A stretch of DNA of 64,000 nt. It comes from Patescibacteria group bacterium UBA4473 (GTDB lineage Bacteria; Patescibacteriota; Gracilibacteria; UBA4473). The notes beneath the pieces are model-generated. The model did not search any database and was not told the DNA's origin. It was given only the letters and a program-made list of their open reading frames with translations. Within the stretch, counting starts at the first letter, position 1. The number at the start of each line of letters is the position of its first letter. Location: the NCBI GenBank assembly GCA_002389285.1, contig DGOF01000041.1:22194-86193 (forward strand), in the 5' to 3' direction. Position numbers and translations under genes: made by a program. Positions 19,845-28,172 of this stretch are shown piece by piece.

Positions 19845-20945
19845 ATGGCCTTCCAAAATATTTGCATCCTCGGTCACACAGGAAATGTGGGAAAAGAGCT
19901 GGTAAAACAAGTTGTCGCGCTTGATGGCGAAGATCAAGGTCATGACAACCCCACCCGCATCGTAGGACTGGTCAACACCAAAGGATTTCTTATCAATCCC
20001 ACCGGCATCCCCAATCCAGAAGCACTCACGGATCGCACGACATTTCAAACAACGGCCACACCACACACAACAGAAGATCCTCTCCAAAATGTCTATAACA
20101 ACATTTGCTCACTGGGACTCAAGGACGATATTGTTTTTGTAGACGCGACGGCCGACGCCTCCGATACAATGCTTGGACTTCACAGACTTGTTGTAAGTAA
20201 CCAACAAAAATTAGTAACCGCGAATAAAAATCCGATTTCTCTTTTTACCTACGAAGATTTTCAAGCACTCACTGAAAATCGGAGCCTCTACCGGTTCAAT
20301 GCTTCGGTTATGGCAGGTGGCGACGCCATTCCTTTTGTGCAAGACGCACTCGATACCCAAAACAAACTACACACCCTTCAGGGATGTTTTTCGGGAACAC
20401 TTGGATACATCACCAGTGAGCTCCAAAAAAATAGAAAATTCTCAGAAATTGTCCGGGAAGCCAAAGAAAAAAAATTCACCGAACCCCATCCCTGGGATGA
20501 TCTCAATGGCCTCGATGTCGCACGAAAACTTTTGATCCTGGTCCGGACCTCAGGCCTACCTGTAACCAAGGAACAACTCTCTATCACCCCGATGATTCCC
20601 GCTTCCTATGGAGACATAACCGACAGTGATGAATTTTTAGAGTCTCTCAAAAAAGAAGATGAAAACATCTCTCAACAAGTTAAAAAGGCCGAGGACGAAG
20701 GGAACGTTTTACGCTATGTGGCCGAATATGATTTTAATCATCCAGAAGCCGGCCTCAAGGTCCAATTCAAACCCGTCAAAAAAACATCGCCCTTAGGTCA
20801 ACTACAGGGCACGAAGAACATGATCCAAATTCAATCCTCCATACGAAACATCGATATCACCACTGAAGGCGCCGGAGTAGAAATTACCGCCAACGCCCTC
20901 CGACGAGACCTCTTGTACTTCCTTCCCAACCGAAAACACCAGTAG
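19845..20945 (+). CDS. hom: Homoserine dehydrogenase (resembles the dehydrogenase domain of ThrA)
   Basis: N-terminal dinucleotide loop ILGHTGNVG. GCFSGTLGYI...FTEPHPWDDLNGLDVARKLLILVR matches the ThrA-type HSDH catalytic region. Confidence 0.75.
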   Translation: MAFQNICILGHTGNVGKELVKQVVALDGEDQGHDNPTRIVGLVNTKGFLINPTGIPNPEALTDRTTFQTTATPHTTEDPLQNVYNNICSLGLKDDIVFVDATADASDTMLGLHRLVVSNQQKLVTANKNPISLFTYEDFQALTENRSLYRFNASVMAGGDAIPFVQDALDTQNKLHTLQGCFSGTLGYITSELQKNRKFSEIVREAKEKKFTEPHPWDDLNGLDVARKLLILVRTSGLPVTKEQLSITPMIPASYGDITDSDEFLESLKKEDENISQQVKKAEDEGNVLRYVAEYDFNHPEAGLKVQFKPVKKTSPLGQLQGTKNMIQIQSSIRNIDITTEGAGVEITANALRRDLLYFLPNRKHQ

Positions 20946-20970
20946 GGGGATCACGAATCCTGCTTCCAAA

Positions 20971-20998
20971 ACACCCCATCCCCGAAGGGATGAGGTGT
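20971..20998. terminator. Hairpin between convergent hom and the fibre gene (possible terminator)
   Basis: ACACCCCATCCC-cgaa-GGGATGAGGTGT: a 12-bp stem with one mismatch. The flanking U-tract is only weak. Confidence 0.35.
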
Positions 20999-21024
20999 TG
21001 GAAAAAACAAATTCAAAACTAAAC

Positions 21025-22881
21025 TTACGGAAGGATGAAAACATCAAATCCCGCAGAGAAAAGATTCTGCATGTTGTTAATCGAAGTGACATTCGCGGCA
21101 ATAGCCGTGTCTGCATCAGCTTCGTTTTGATCAACATCAGCCTGTAAAGCTGCAACAGCTGCATCTCGGGCTGCTGTTTCCACAGCAATAGCCGCATTTC
21201 GAGCCACTACTTCTGCCGCAAGAGCTGCATCCGCATCCGCTTCGTTTTGATCAACATCAGCCTGCAACGTTGAAACTAACCCCGCATTCGTAGCGATGTT
21301 TGAAGTATTCGTTGAAACCTGTGCCAACCGACTGTCATTAGACTGAACCGCTTTCCCGGCAGCAATTTCACCATCCGCTGCCAATCGAACAATACCCGCG
21401 GTGGTCGTACTTGCGTCCTGGAAGAAGTCCGCACCGGTTTTAACCCATCCGTCACCAGAATTAGCATACGTATAGATTTCTCCCGTTCCGGTCACGTACA
21501 CCGTATCTCCAGAGATAGGAGAAGCATACGTTGTGCTAAGCGCTGAAACCGTAGCAACTGGAGATTTCCAACTCAAGCCCTGAATAGCACTGGAAACCAA
21601 AGTATCAACTTCTGTCTGGGAGTAAGTATCCGCATCCAAAGCTGCAATAGCGGCCGCACGTGCTTCCGCTTCCGCGGTAATAGCCGTACTTCGAGCCGCT
21701 GTTTCTGCTGCAATTGCTGCATCAGCATCAGATTCATTCTGATCAATATCAGCCTGCAAAACCGCATCAGCAGCACTTCGAGCCGCTGTTTCAGCTCCGA
21801 TCGCTGCCAAGTTGGCTGCGATATCCGTATCATTGGCTGCAATAGCCGCTACGTTCGCCGCAATTTCTGCGTCGTTCGCTTGAATCGCTGCTAAATTAGA
21901 AGCAATAGCTGCTATATTCGTAGCGATATCACCATCATTAGCCTGGATCGCTGCCAAGTTAGAAGCAATATTTGAAACATTCGTAGCAATATCTGTGTCA
22001 TTAGACCCAATAGCCGCCAAATTCGAAGAGATATTTGAAATATTCGTAGCGATATCTCCGTCATTGGCCGCAATAGCCGCCAAGTTAGAAGCAATATCAA
22101 CAATCGCCTGTGCGATGTCACTTTCGGCTGTCGTCAATCGCGTATCAAGAGCCGCTACAGAAGAATCAAGATCACCCCCTGTTTTGGCCCAAGCGGAACC
22201 TGAATAGGTGTAGATACGTCCTTCTGAAAACACAAACGTAACATCTCCAGCGGCTGGAGAAGCAATCGCATTCATAGCCGTAAGGTCTGCTACTGGGTCA
22301 AGCCAGCTGTCGTCCGTGATAAGGGAACGATCAAATTTTCCGTCCTCATCAAGATAAGGAATTTCTCCGGCATCAAAACCAAGAGACTTTCCTTCCAAAC
22401 GAGAAGCATTCAATGCATACGGAGTAGCCGAAAGAGATTTTCGGTCAACAGAAGCATTCGTCGGCAAAGTATCTAAGACAAAATAAGCCGTATCAGCCGC
22501 CGAAGTAGCTTTTACTTCTGCCTGAAGGAAACGATGCGTACTGAAATCAAAGTTTGGAAGCGTTGTAACACTTCCGACTTCAGCCGTAAAAAATCCTTGT
22601 GCATCTGTTGTGATCGAAGTCACTTCCTGCCACGCCGAGCCCACGAGCGCGCCACTTCCATCAACATCCGAACCCGCAGAAAAATCTGCATCAGCCCAAA
22701 TAGAGAAACGAATAGAAAAACTTTGATTAGCTGCCGCCGTGGTTGCACTCGTCAACAATCGCCCTCGAAAGGGAACTGTTGTTGCTACCGCTGCTTCAGC
22801 CTGGAGAGGTGTGGCAATGAAGCTCGTAATGAGCATCGCTGCCAAGACCCCCCCGTGAAACCGGGTTGAAAACATTTTCAT
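21025..22881 (-). CDS. Secreted fibre-like repeat protein (tail-fibre-like N-module, W..PV modules, Ala/Asn/Asp coiled-coil repeats)
   Basis: The ATG at 22881 gives the signal peptide MKMFSTRFHGGVLAAMLITSFIATPLQAEA. There are 4 x 21-aa repeats IASNLAAIxANDxDIATNxxx, three LQAD[IV]DQNE[SA]DAD repeats, and the segment ASTTTAGIVRLAADGEIAAGKAVQSNDSRL. Confidence 0.75.
   Translation of the reverse strand: MKMFSTRFHGGVLAAMLITSFIATPLQAEAAVATTVPFRGRLLTSATTAAANQSFSIRFSIWADADFSAGSDVDGSGALVGSAWQEVTSITTDAQGFFTAEVGSVTTLPNFDFSTHRFLQAEVKATSAADTAYFVLDTLPTNASVDRKSLSATPYALNASRLEGKSLGFDAGEIPYLDEDGKFDRSLITDDSWLDPVADLTAMNAIASPAAGDVTFVFSEGRIYTYSGSAWAKTGGDLDSSVAALDTRLTTAESDIAQAIVDIASNLAAIAANDGDIATNISNISSNLAAIGSNDTDIATNVSNIASNLAAIQANDGDIATNIAAIASNLAAIQANDAEIAANVAAIAANDTDIAANLAAIGAETAARSAADAVLQADIDQNESDADAAIAAETAARSTAITAEAEARAAAIAALDADTYSQTEVDTLVSSAIQGLSWKSPVATVSALSTTYASPISGDTVYVTGTGEIYTYANSGDGWVKTGADFFQDASTTTAGIVRLAADGEIAAGKAVQSNDSRLAQVSTNTSNIATNAGLVSTLQADVDQNEADADAALAAEVVARNAAIAVETAARDAAVAALQADVDQNEADADTAIAANVTSINNMQNLFSAGFDVFILP
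21847..22098 (-). repeat. Four tandem 63-bp (21-aa) coding repeats inside the fibre gene
   Basis: IASNLAAIAANDGDIATNISN / ISSNLAAIGSNDTDIATNVSN / IASNLAAIQANDGDIATNIAA / IASNLAAIQANDAEIAANVAA, read directly from the translation. Confidence 0.8.
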
Positions 22882-22975
22882 GTTTGTTTGGGTGTGTAAA
22901 AAAATAAAATTATGAACGCTTAGGCAGATATAACCGATTAAAGGATGGCCCAATTTAAGTCAATAAATACATGAT

Positions 22976-22994
22976 AAATTAATGAAAAATTAAT
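22976..22994 (-). promoter_or_regulatory. Phased direct-repeat box ATTAATTT-TTC-ATTAATTT, about 95 nt upstream of the fibre gene
   Basis: On the minus strand the half-sites are at 22987-22994 and 22976-22983, an 11-bp phase and the same orientation as the gene. Confidence 0.3.
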
Positions 22995-23091
22995 GTAGAG
23001 TAATTAAAGACCCATAAATCCTATTTATAGAGCCGGTTAACTCTATTTTTATCTCGTCATGGTGGCAGTGGATAAGGGATAAAATGAAGCA

Positions 23092-24624
23092 TTAGTAAGT
23101 TCTAAAGCCTGATAAAAAATAATCAGACGAGCCCTGCAGTGCCCAAAAAGGTTTGAGCCCATCAGTGCCAAGAGAATAATCAGAGGTAAAGTCCACAAGC
23201 GTCCGGATAGACTGGTCCCAATCATCCGCATCAACTTCATCAATAAGCCATTGCTGACTAGATCGATCCTTCGTTGGACGAATTTTGACGCGGTAAAAAG
23301 TTTCTGCACGCCACGGTTCGGTTCGCTGATAAAGGTCATACCATTCCGAACCATCCTCAGAATGACCAAAAAGTTTATTATCAATATTTTCTCCTTTCAA
23401 AAATAATCCTGTACGAACGCCCTGAAAGGTCTGTGTTTTTTGATTCTGAAGTTCGAAACTCTCATCCGCGAGTCCGAACATCATGTGACCCTTCATATTG
23501 CCGGTATAAACCACAAATTCAAAAGTACTATGTTCACGAGGATTGAATAACCCCCGAGGAAAAGACAAACCATAGTCCCAACGTTTTTTCCCCGATGTTT
23601 TTATGCGAAGACCGTGAAGAGAATCCTGATGAAAAGTTACCCCAGAAGTCCGTTCGATCTTGAGATCTTTCAAACGCGCATATCGAAGATCAACCCAAGA
23701 ATTATCCTGAAATCTTCCGGGCAACTCATGATCCCCAAAGAGAGATCGAAGAGATCCATCCTTCATCCCCACGTAATATTCTTTGTTGGTCGAATCCCAA
23801 TAAAAAAGACCGGGTGTCCCCGTTCCCTGTTTGTGAACCAAAAGCAACGAACGATAGCTGTAAGATCCTTGAGTCGGCACAGGAGCCGGGGCTGTCGCGC
23901 TAGATGCCGATTGAACAGAATTCCAAGAATCTCCATTAAAAACCCGCAAATCCTGATCGGATACCACATAACGAACCTCTCCCACCTGCGCATTTTCTAG
24001 ATCAAGATCTTCTGACGTTGCCACCGGATGTTTCCAAGAAGAATCTTCGATTTTCGCCTCAACCGTTTCCATTCGCTCTTCCAAAGAAGAAAGTAATGTC
24101 TTCACACTTCCCGGAAGAACAGATTCTGAAATCTCTCCATCTTCATTCAAAGTCGGAACATTGGCGGATCCAGAGTTATCGCCTCGAAAAGGAAGCGTCA
24201 CCAAATGAATCCGATCGACAATAGGATTCTCTGGTTGAGGGTCTAATATTGTATAATCTAACTCCAATGCCGGGCGCGCATCTAACTGAAGATACTGATA
24301 CGTATCAAAATTAAAGGGAACCGGAAGCGCGTTTTGCGTCCCAACACGAATTTCAAAATTTCCACCGGACCCTGTGTCCACCGAATGAACTTCGGTCCAG
24401 AAAGCTTTCGAAACATCTTGCGGATCAAAAGCATTCGCATCCGCATCCGTCCATAAGCTTACTCGCATATCAAAAAATCCATGGCGAGGACGCAGATCCT
24501 TATCAATTACACGCCCCCTCATGACAAAGTATTGTGGATTTGTCAAGGCTTGTGCGGGTTGAGGCGTCTGGATAATTGCGAACATAAAAAGAAAAATGAA
24601 AATGAAAAAACTTTTTTTCATCAA
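23092..24624 (-). CDS. Secreted protein: fibre-like N-module paralogous to 21025-22881, plus an unknown ~270-aa C-terminal domain
   Basis: Signal peptide MMKKSFFIFIFLFMFAIIQTPQPAQA. Shares the RGR[LV]...R[FV]S[IL]W[AT]DAD...W.EV.S...G.F...VG...LP..F[DN]F...[YF]LQ module and a WKHPVA...GEVRYV...FNGDSW module with the downstream gene. Confidence 0.75.
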   Translation of the reverse strand: MMKKSFFIFIFLFMFAIIQTPQPAQALTNPQYFVMRGRVIDKDLRPRHGFFDMRVSLWTDADANAFDPQDVSKAFWTEVHSVDTGSGGNFEIRVGTQNALPVPFNFDTYQYLQLDARPALELDYTILDPQPENPIVDRIHLVTLPFRGDNSGSANVPTLNEDGEISESVLPGSVKTLLSSLEERMETVEAKIEDSSWKHPVATSEDLDLENAQVGEVRYVVSDQDLRVFNGDSWNSVQSASSATAPAPVPTQGSYSYRSLLLVHKQGTGTPGLFYWDSTNKEYYVGMKDGSLRSLFGDHELPGRFQDNSWVDLRYARLKDLKIERTSGVTFHQDSLHGLRIKTSGKKRWDYGLSFPRGLFNPREHSTFEFVVYTGNMKGHMMFGLADESFELQNQKTQTFQGVRTGLFLKGENIDNKLFGHSEDGSEWYDLYQRTEPWRAETFYRVKIRPTKDRSSQQWLIDEVDADDWDQSIRTLVDFTSDYSLGTDGLKPFWALQGSSDYFLSGFRTY

Positions 24625-25610
24625 GAAGAAAAAAACAAAGGACGAACTCGGCGATCATAAAAATCGACGAAGAATTCCTCTTCGGAAAGAGTGAAATAAA
24701 AACCAACCATAAAAAACACAACCATCAGAAAGCCAAACAAGGCACTCAACACCTGAACTTGTTTTTGTTTTTTTTGATAATGAGCAATTTCCAAATCAAG
24801 ATTTTCCCAACTCGTAAGGTAGGTTTCAAGCGATCGTGAATCATGAGGCGCTGAAGACGCTAATGATAAAGTCTTTAATTTCAAGAGCCCTTCTTTGCGA
24901 TCTCGCTGATCCGCTTCCACACGATCTTCAAGCTGATTCAACATGTTACGAATCGAAAGAATCGTTTCCTGAACATCCGAAGAAGATGAGGACTTCTTCG
25001 ACAATCGCGGAACGGATCGAACCACCGGTTTAGATTTCTGTTTTTGAATCTTTTGAATCTTTGGAGCCGAAGCAACTTCTCGTGGGATTATTTTTGGCAA
25101 AGGATTTATCACCGGAGGCGTTACGACCAAAACAGGTTCCGAAAGAATCGGCGCCGAAGGCTTCGGCTCCATAACAACTTTTTCAGAAGATACTGATGGC
25201 CGCCGCGATCCACGATAAACTAACAAGTCTCCCGGGACCTTGTCAGAAGATCCTCCCGAAGTTCCCAATATTGTCTGTGAAGGAGGCACCACTACCGGCT
25301 CCTCTACAACAACTTCTTCTGTCGAAGTCACCGGATCTAAAAAAGAAGGAAGTACCCAAGAAGTATTATCTTCATAATCTGAAAGCGCCTCCCAAGAACC
25401 TAAAAGCGCAGATTGATCTCCCACAACCCAACTCGTATGTTCTTCATAATCACTCACATCATAAGACAAAGACGCGGGAAGAACATATTCTGAAAGTTCT
25501 AATTCCGTTCCTACTTCCTGTGCATGAACAGAAACCATCGAAAATAATAATCCGACACAAAGAGATCCCCAGCCTTTTGAAAACATAATTTTCAGGAGGT
25601 GATAAATCAT
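24621..25610 (-). CDS. Type-I membrane protein (signal peptide, acidic repeats, Pro-rich spacer, coiled coil, C-terminal TM anchor)
   Basis: The ATG at 25610 gives the signal peptide ...LLFSMVSVHAQE. SDYE[ED].TSWV occurs twice. A PVVVPP/PP-rich linker is followed by the C-terminal helix VLSALFGFLMVVFFMVGFYFTL. ATGA overlap with the next gene. Confidence 0.7.
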   Translation of the reverse strand: MIYHLLKIMFSKGWGSLCVGLLFSMVSVHAQEVGTELELSEYVLPASLSYDVSDYEEHTSWVVGDQSALLGSWEALSDYEDNTSWVLPSFLDPVTSTEEVVVEEPVVVPPSQTILGTSGGSSDKVPGDLLVYRGSRRPSVSSEKVVMEPKPSAPILSEPVLVVTPPVINPLPKIIPREVASAPKIQKIQKQKSKPVVRSVPRLSKKSSSSSDVQETILSIRNMLNQLEDRVEADQRDRKEGLLKLKTLSLASSAPHDSRSLETYLTSWENLDLEIAHYQKKQKQVQVLSALFGFLMVVFFMVGFYFTLSEEEFFVDFYDRRVRPLFFSS

Positions 25611-25620
25611 TGTGTTAAAT

Positions 25621-25639
25621 ATTAAATTTTCATTAAATC
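25621..25639 (+). promoter_or_regulatory. Phased direct-repeat box ATTAAATT-TTC-ATTAAATC in the divergent promoter region (about 100 nt upstream of the SLH-like gene, 11 nt from the ATG of the minus-strand operon)
   Basis: Half-sites at 25621-25628 and 25632-25639. The second half-site matches the box at 2311. Confidence 0.3.
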
Positions 25640-25739
25640 TAAACATTTTACCAAATCCAGAAGAATCACGCAAGTCCTTTTGTTTGCCAAAAGAAATCTC
25701 ATGCCCTAGAAAGCAACGTGAATCTTATCTTTTTTCTCC

Positions 25740-26591
25740 ATGCAAACATTTCACCAACGCTTCCGAGTCTTGATCATAGGCACACTTCTTCTGCCTTCAT
25801 TAACCCTCGCAGGGGTTCCTTTTAAAGACGTCGTAGAGAACCACCCGGCCTATAAAGCCCTTACCAAATATCATGCCCAAGGCATCTTCAATGGCATGGA
25901 AGGACAAGCCCGTCTTGATGACGGAATTTTAAAACAACATGCCATCTTGTTTTTGCTCAAAGCACTGGGTGCCCCTCCCACAAATAACGAGGCCATCGCT
26001 CGAGGAATCATAAAAGCGGCTCCCGAATCCAACCAATATCTCACCCATGCCGAATATATAAAGATGCTCAGTCTGGCATTTAAAGTTCCAACCGAAAGCC
26101 CCCAGAAACCCGGTGATGCAACACAGCCATGGTTTGTTAAACCCTATGTCGTAGCCCAGAGCATTACCGCGGTCAAAGAAGAAAAGCCTTTTGATTTTGC
26201 CACGCGAGGATTTGTCCTGAGAACCACCGAAATTTATGAACGAATCTTTGCGGCCACAGACGCAGCGGCACTTATGGACGAACAAGAACTCCGACTTATG
26301 ACCACCCGAGACCTTCTGGTCGATACAAAAGCCGCTCATGAAGATATCCAAAAAATCATATGGATAAATATTATTGAAACCGAGAACATCCCTGATAGTG
26401 CACGACTCAGAGCCATTAAATATTTCAATATGGCAACACTCGTCCTCTTTGAACTCCGTCGAGAACCCTCCATTGATCTTCGTCCAACATGGGAAGGCCG
26501 CTTGCAAGTGTTTCTTGATAAAGCCGTAAAAAATCTCCCCGAAAGCAAACCTTTTTCCGACGACCTTGCAAGAATAGGGAAAAGTCAATAG
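25740..26591 (+). CDS. Secreted protein with an N-terminal SLH-like (S-layer homology) domain
   Basis: Signal peptide ...LLLPSLTLAG, then FKDVVENHPAYKALTKYHAQGIFNGMEGQARLDDGILKQHAILFLLKAL, which follows the SLH pattern (F.DV...HWAY..I..L...GI..G). Confidence 0.55.
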   Translation: MQTFHQRFRVLIIGTLLLPSLTLAGVPFKDVVENHPAYKALTKYHAQGIFNGMEGQARLDDGILKQHAILFLLKALGAPPTNNEAIARGIIKAAPESNQYLTHAEYIKMLSLAFKVPTESPQKPGDATQPWFVKPYVVAQSITAVKEEKPFDFATRGFVLRTTEIYERIFAATDAAALMDEQELRLMTTRDLLVDTKAAHEDIQKIIWINIIETENIPDSARLRAIKYFNMATLVLFELRREPSIDLRPTWEGRLQVFLDKAVKNLPESKPFSDDLARIGKSQ

Positions 26592-26617
26592 CATACAAGG
26601 CCTAAATTAAGCCACTT

Positions 26618-26653
26618 ATCGCAAATATTAAATTTATATTAAATATTTGCGAT
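26618..26653 (+). promoter_or_regulatory. Perfect 12-bp inverted repeat (ATCGCAAATATT-N12-AATATTTGCGAT) ending 1 nt before the histidine-kinase ATG; candidate operator
   Basis: Arms at 26618-26629 and 26642-26653. The centre contains the phased box ATTAAATT-TAT-ATTAAATA (26627-26645). Confidence 0.4.
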
Positions 26654-26654
26654 T

Positions 26655-27395
26655 ATGAAATTTAAGGATATATTTGAAAAAAGTACTGTTAAAAGACTCT
26701 CCGTGCTTCCTTCTTCCTCCGATCCTTCTCTTAAAAACAATGGCCCTGACGTCTTTTGGCGCTCAGCGGGTCATCAAATGAAAACCTCATTGAACCTCAT
26801 TGCCTACCGAATGCAGGAACTTTTGGAAGATCCCGATCCGCAGAAAAAAGAAGAAATACAAGAAGAGATGCAACATCTATCATCACTCCTCTCTGGAGCG
26901 CTGTCTTTTTCCCGTTCGGGACAAATGAGTCAAGACATCGCACCACCCCAATCTATTGATTTTGGAAAAGCACTTCAACGCATCATCCAGAAAGCCCTTC
27001 CCGCAAAAGATCAGTCCCGCGTCCAGATTCATATTCCGAAAGAAATTATCATCGCAGAAATCAATGAAGCTTCTTTCTCAGAAGCTTTCCGTGCCGTCCT
27101 CGAAAATGCCCTCTCCTACAGCCAAGGACATTCCGTTGAAATCAACCTCACCATTGAAAAAAAGAAAATACTCCTTTCTATAAAAAACGAAGGCTCTTTT
27201 CTCGCCCCTTCTCAAAGCAAAGACATATTCAAACCCTTCTTTCGCGGAGACTCGGATCTTCCCGGAACGGGACTTGGGCTCTCCATAGCTCAACGTATTA
27301 TTGAGCAACACAACGGCCAAATTGAAGCTAAAAGCGACGGAGCTCATTGGACGGAATTCGTTTTCACACTTCCGTTGATTTCTCTCGTAAAATAA
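26655..27395 (+). CDS. Soluble histidine kinase (HisKA plus HATPase_c only; no TM or sensor domain)
   Basis: Atypical H-box FWRSAGHQMKTSLNLI, N-box AVLENALSY, and G-boxes GTGLGLSIAQRIIEQHNG. Only about 35 aa precede the H-box. Confidence 0.8.
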   Translation: MKFKDIFEKSTVKRLSVLPSSSDPSLKNNGPDVFWRSAGHQMKTSLNLIAYRMQELLEDPDPQKKEEIQEEMQHLSSLLSGALSFSRSGQMSQDIAPPQSIDFGKALQRIIQKALPAKDQSRVQIHIPKEIIIAEINEASFSEAFRAVLENALSYSQGHSVEINLTIEKKKILLSIKNEGSFLAPSQSKDIFKPFFRGDSDLPGTGLGLSIAQRIIEQHNGQIEAKSDGAHWTEFVFTLPLISLVK

Positions 27396-27409
27396 ATTAA
27401 TTTTGTCCC

Positions 27410-28093
27410 ATGCATATTCTGGTCGTCGAAGATGAGCCGCGCGTGCGAATGGTTCTTTCTAAATATCTTTCTCGCCAAAACTTCACAGTCAGTGAGGCCA
27501 TTGATGGCACTGAAGCGATAAAAAAAGCAAAAAACAATGACTATGACATCATATTGCTCGATCTGATGCTGCCCAAAAAATCAGGATTTCAAGTAATAGA
27601 AACCCTTCGAAAAAAAAACGTAACAACTCCTATCTTAGTCGTCTCTTGTCTCGAAAGCCTTGAAGACAAAGTCAGCGCCCTCAATCTTGGCGCCGATGAT
27701 TATGTCGTAAAGGAATTTGATCTTGATGAAATATTAGCGCGTATAAAAGCACTCCTCCGACGACCTTCTACGCAGCGCAGTAATATTTTTACGTATGGAA
27801 CGCTCAGTCTCGACCTCTCTCTGATGCAAGTTCGTATGGGATCAACAGAGGTTGCCCTCTCCAAAAAAGAGTTAGGAATTTTAGTCGAACTGATAAAATC
27901 CCCCGAAACCGTTATCTCTCGAAAAAAAATCATCAGCACTGTTTGGAACGATCAACAAAACACACAATATTCTAACACGGTTGATGTTCATATGGGGTCC
28001 CTTCGCACAAAATTAAGACAGGCTTCATCCGGCAAAGAACTCATTCACACCGTTCATGGACAGGGCTACATTTTAAGTGAAAAAAACAGTTGA
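27410..28093 (+). CDS. OmpR/PhoB-family response regulator (receiver plus winged-helix)
   Basis: ILVVEDE, DIILLDLMLPKKSG (phospho-Asp), and the C-terminal LSKKELGILVELI...VDVHMGSLRTKL...IHTVHGQGY. Confidence 0.9.
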   Translation: MHILVVEDEPRVRMVLSKYLSRQNFTVSEAIDGTEAIKKAKNNDYDIILLDLMLPKKSGFQVIETLRKKNVTTPILVVSCLESLEDKVSALNLGADDYVVKEFDLDEILARIKALLRRPSTQRSNIFTYGTLSLDLSLMQVRMGSTEVALSKKELGILVELIKSPETVISRKKIISTVWNDQQNTQYSNTVDVHMGSLRTKLRQASSGKELIHTVHGQGYILSEKNS

Positions 28094-28172
28094 TCTTTTC
28101 CCTGGACATCGTTTAAACTAACGCCGATCAATACTTTGACGTCTTTTTTTTTAACGCCAAGCCTTTTTCTCT

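Noticed and set aside
25929-26594. 221-aa minus-strand ORF opposite the SLH-like gene
   Set aside because: It is fully nested antisense to a gene that has a signal peptide and a recognisable domain. Its composition is Cys/Phe/Gly-rich and junk-like.
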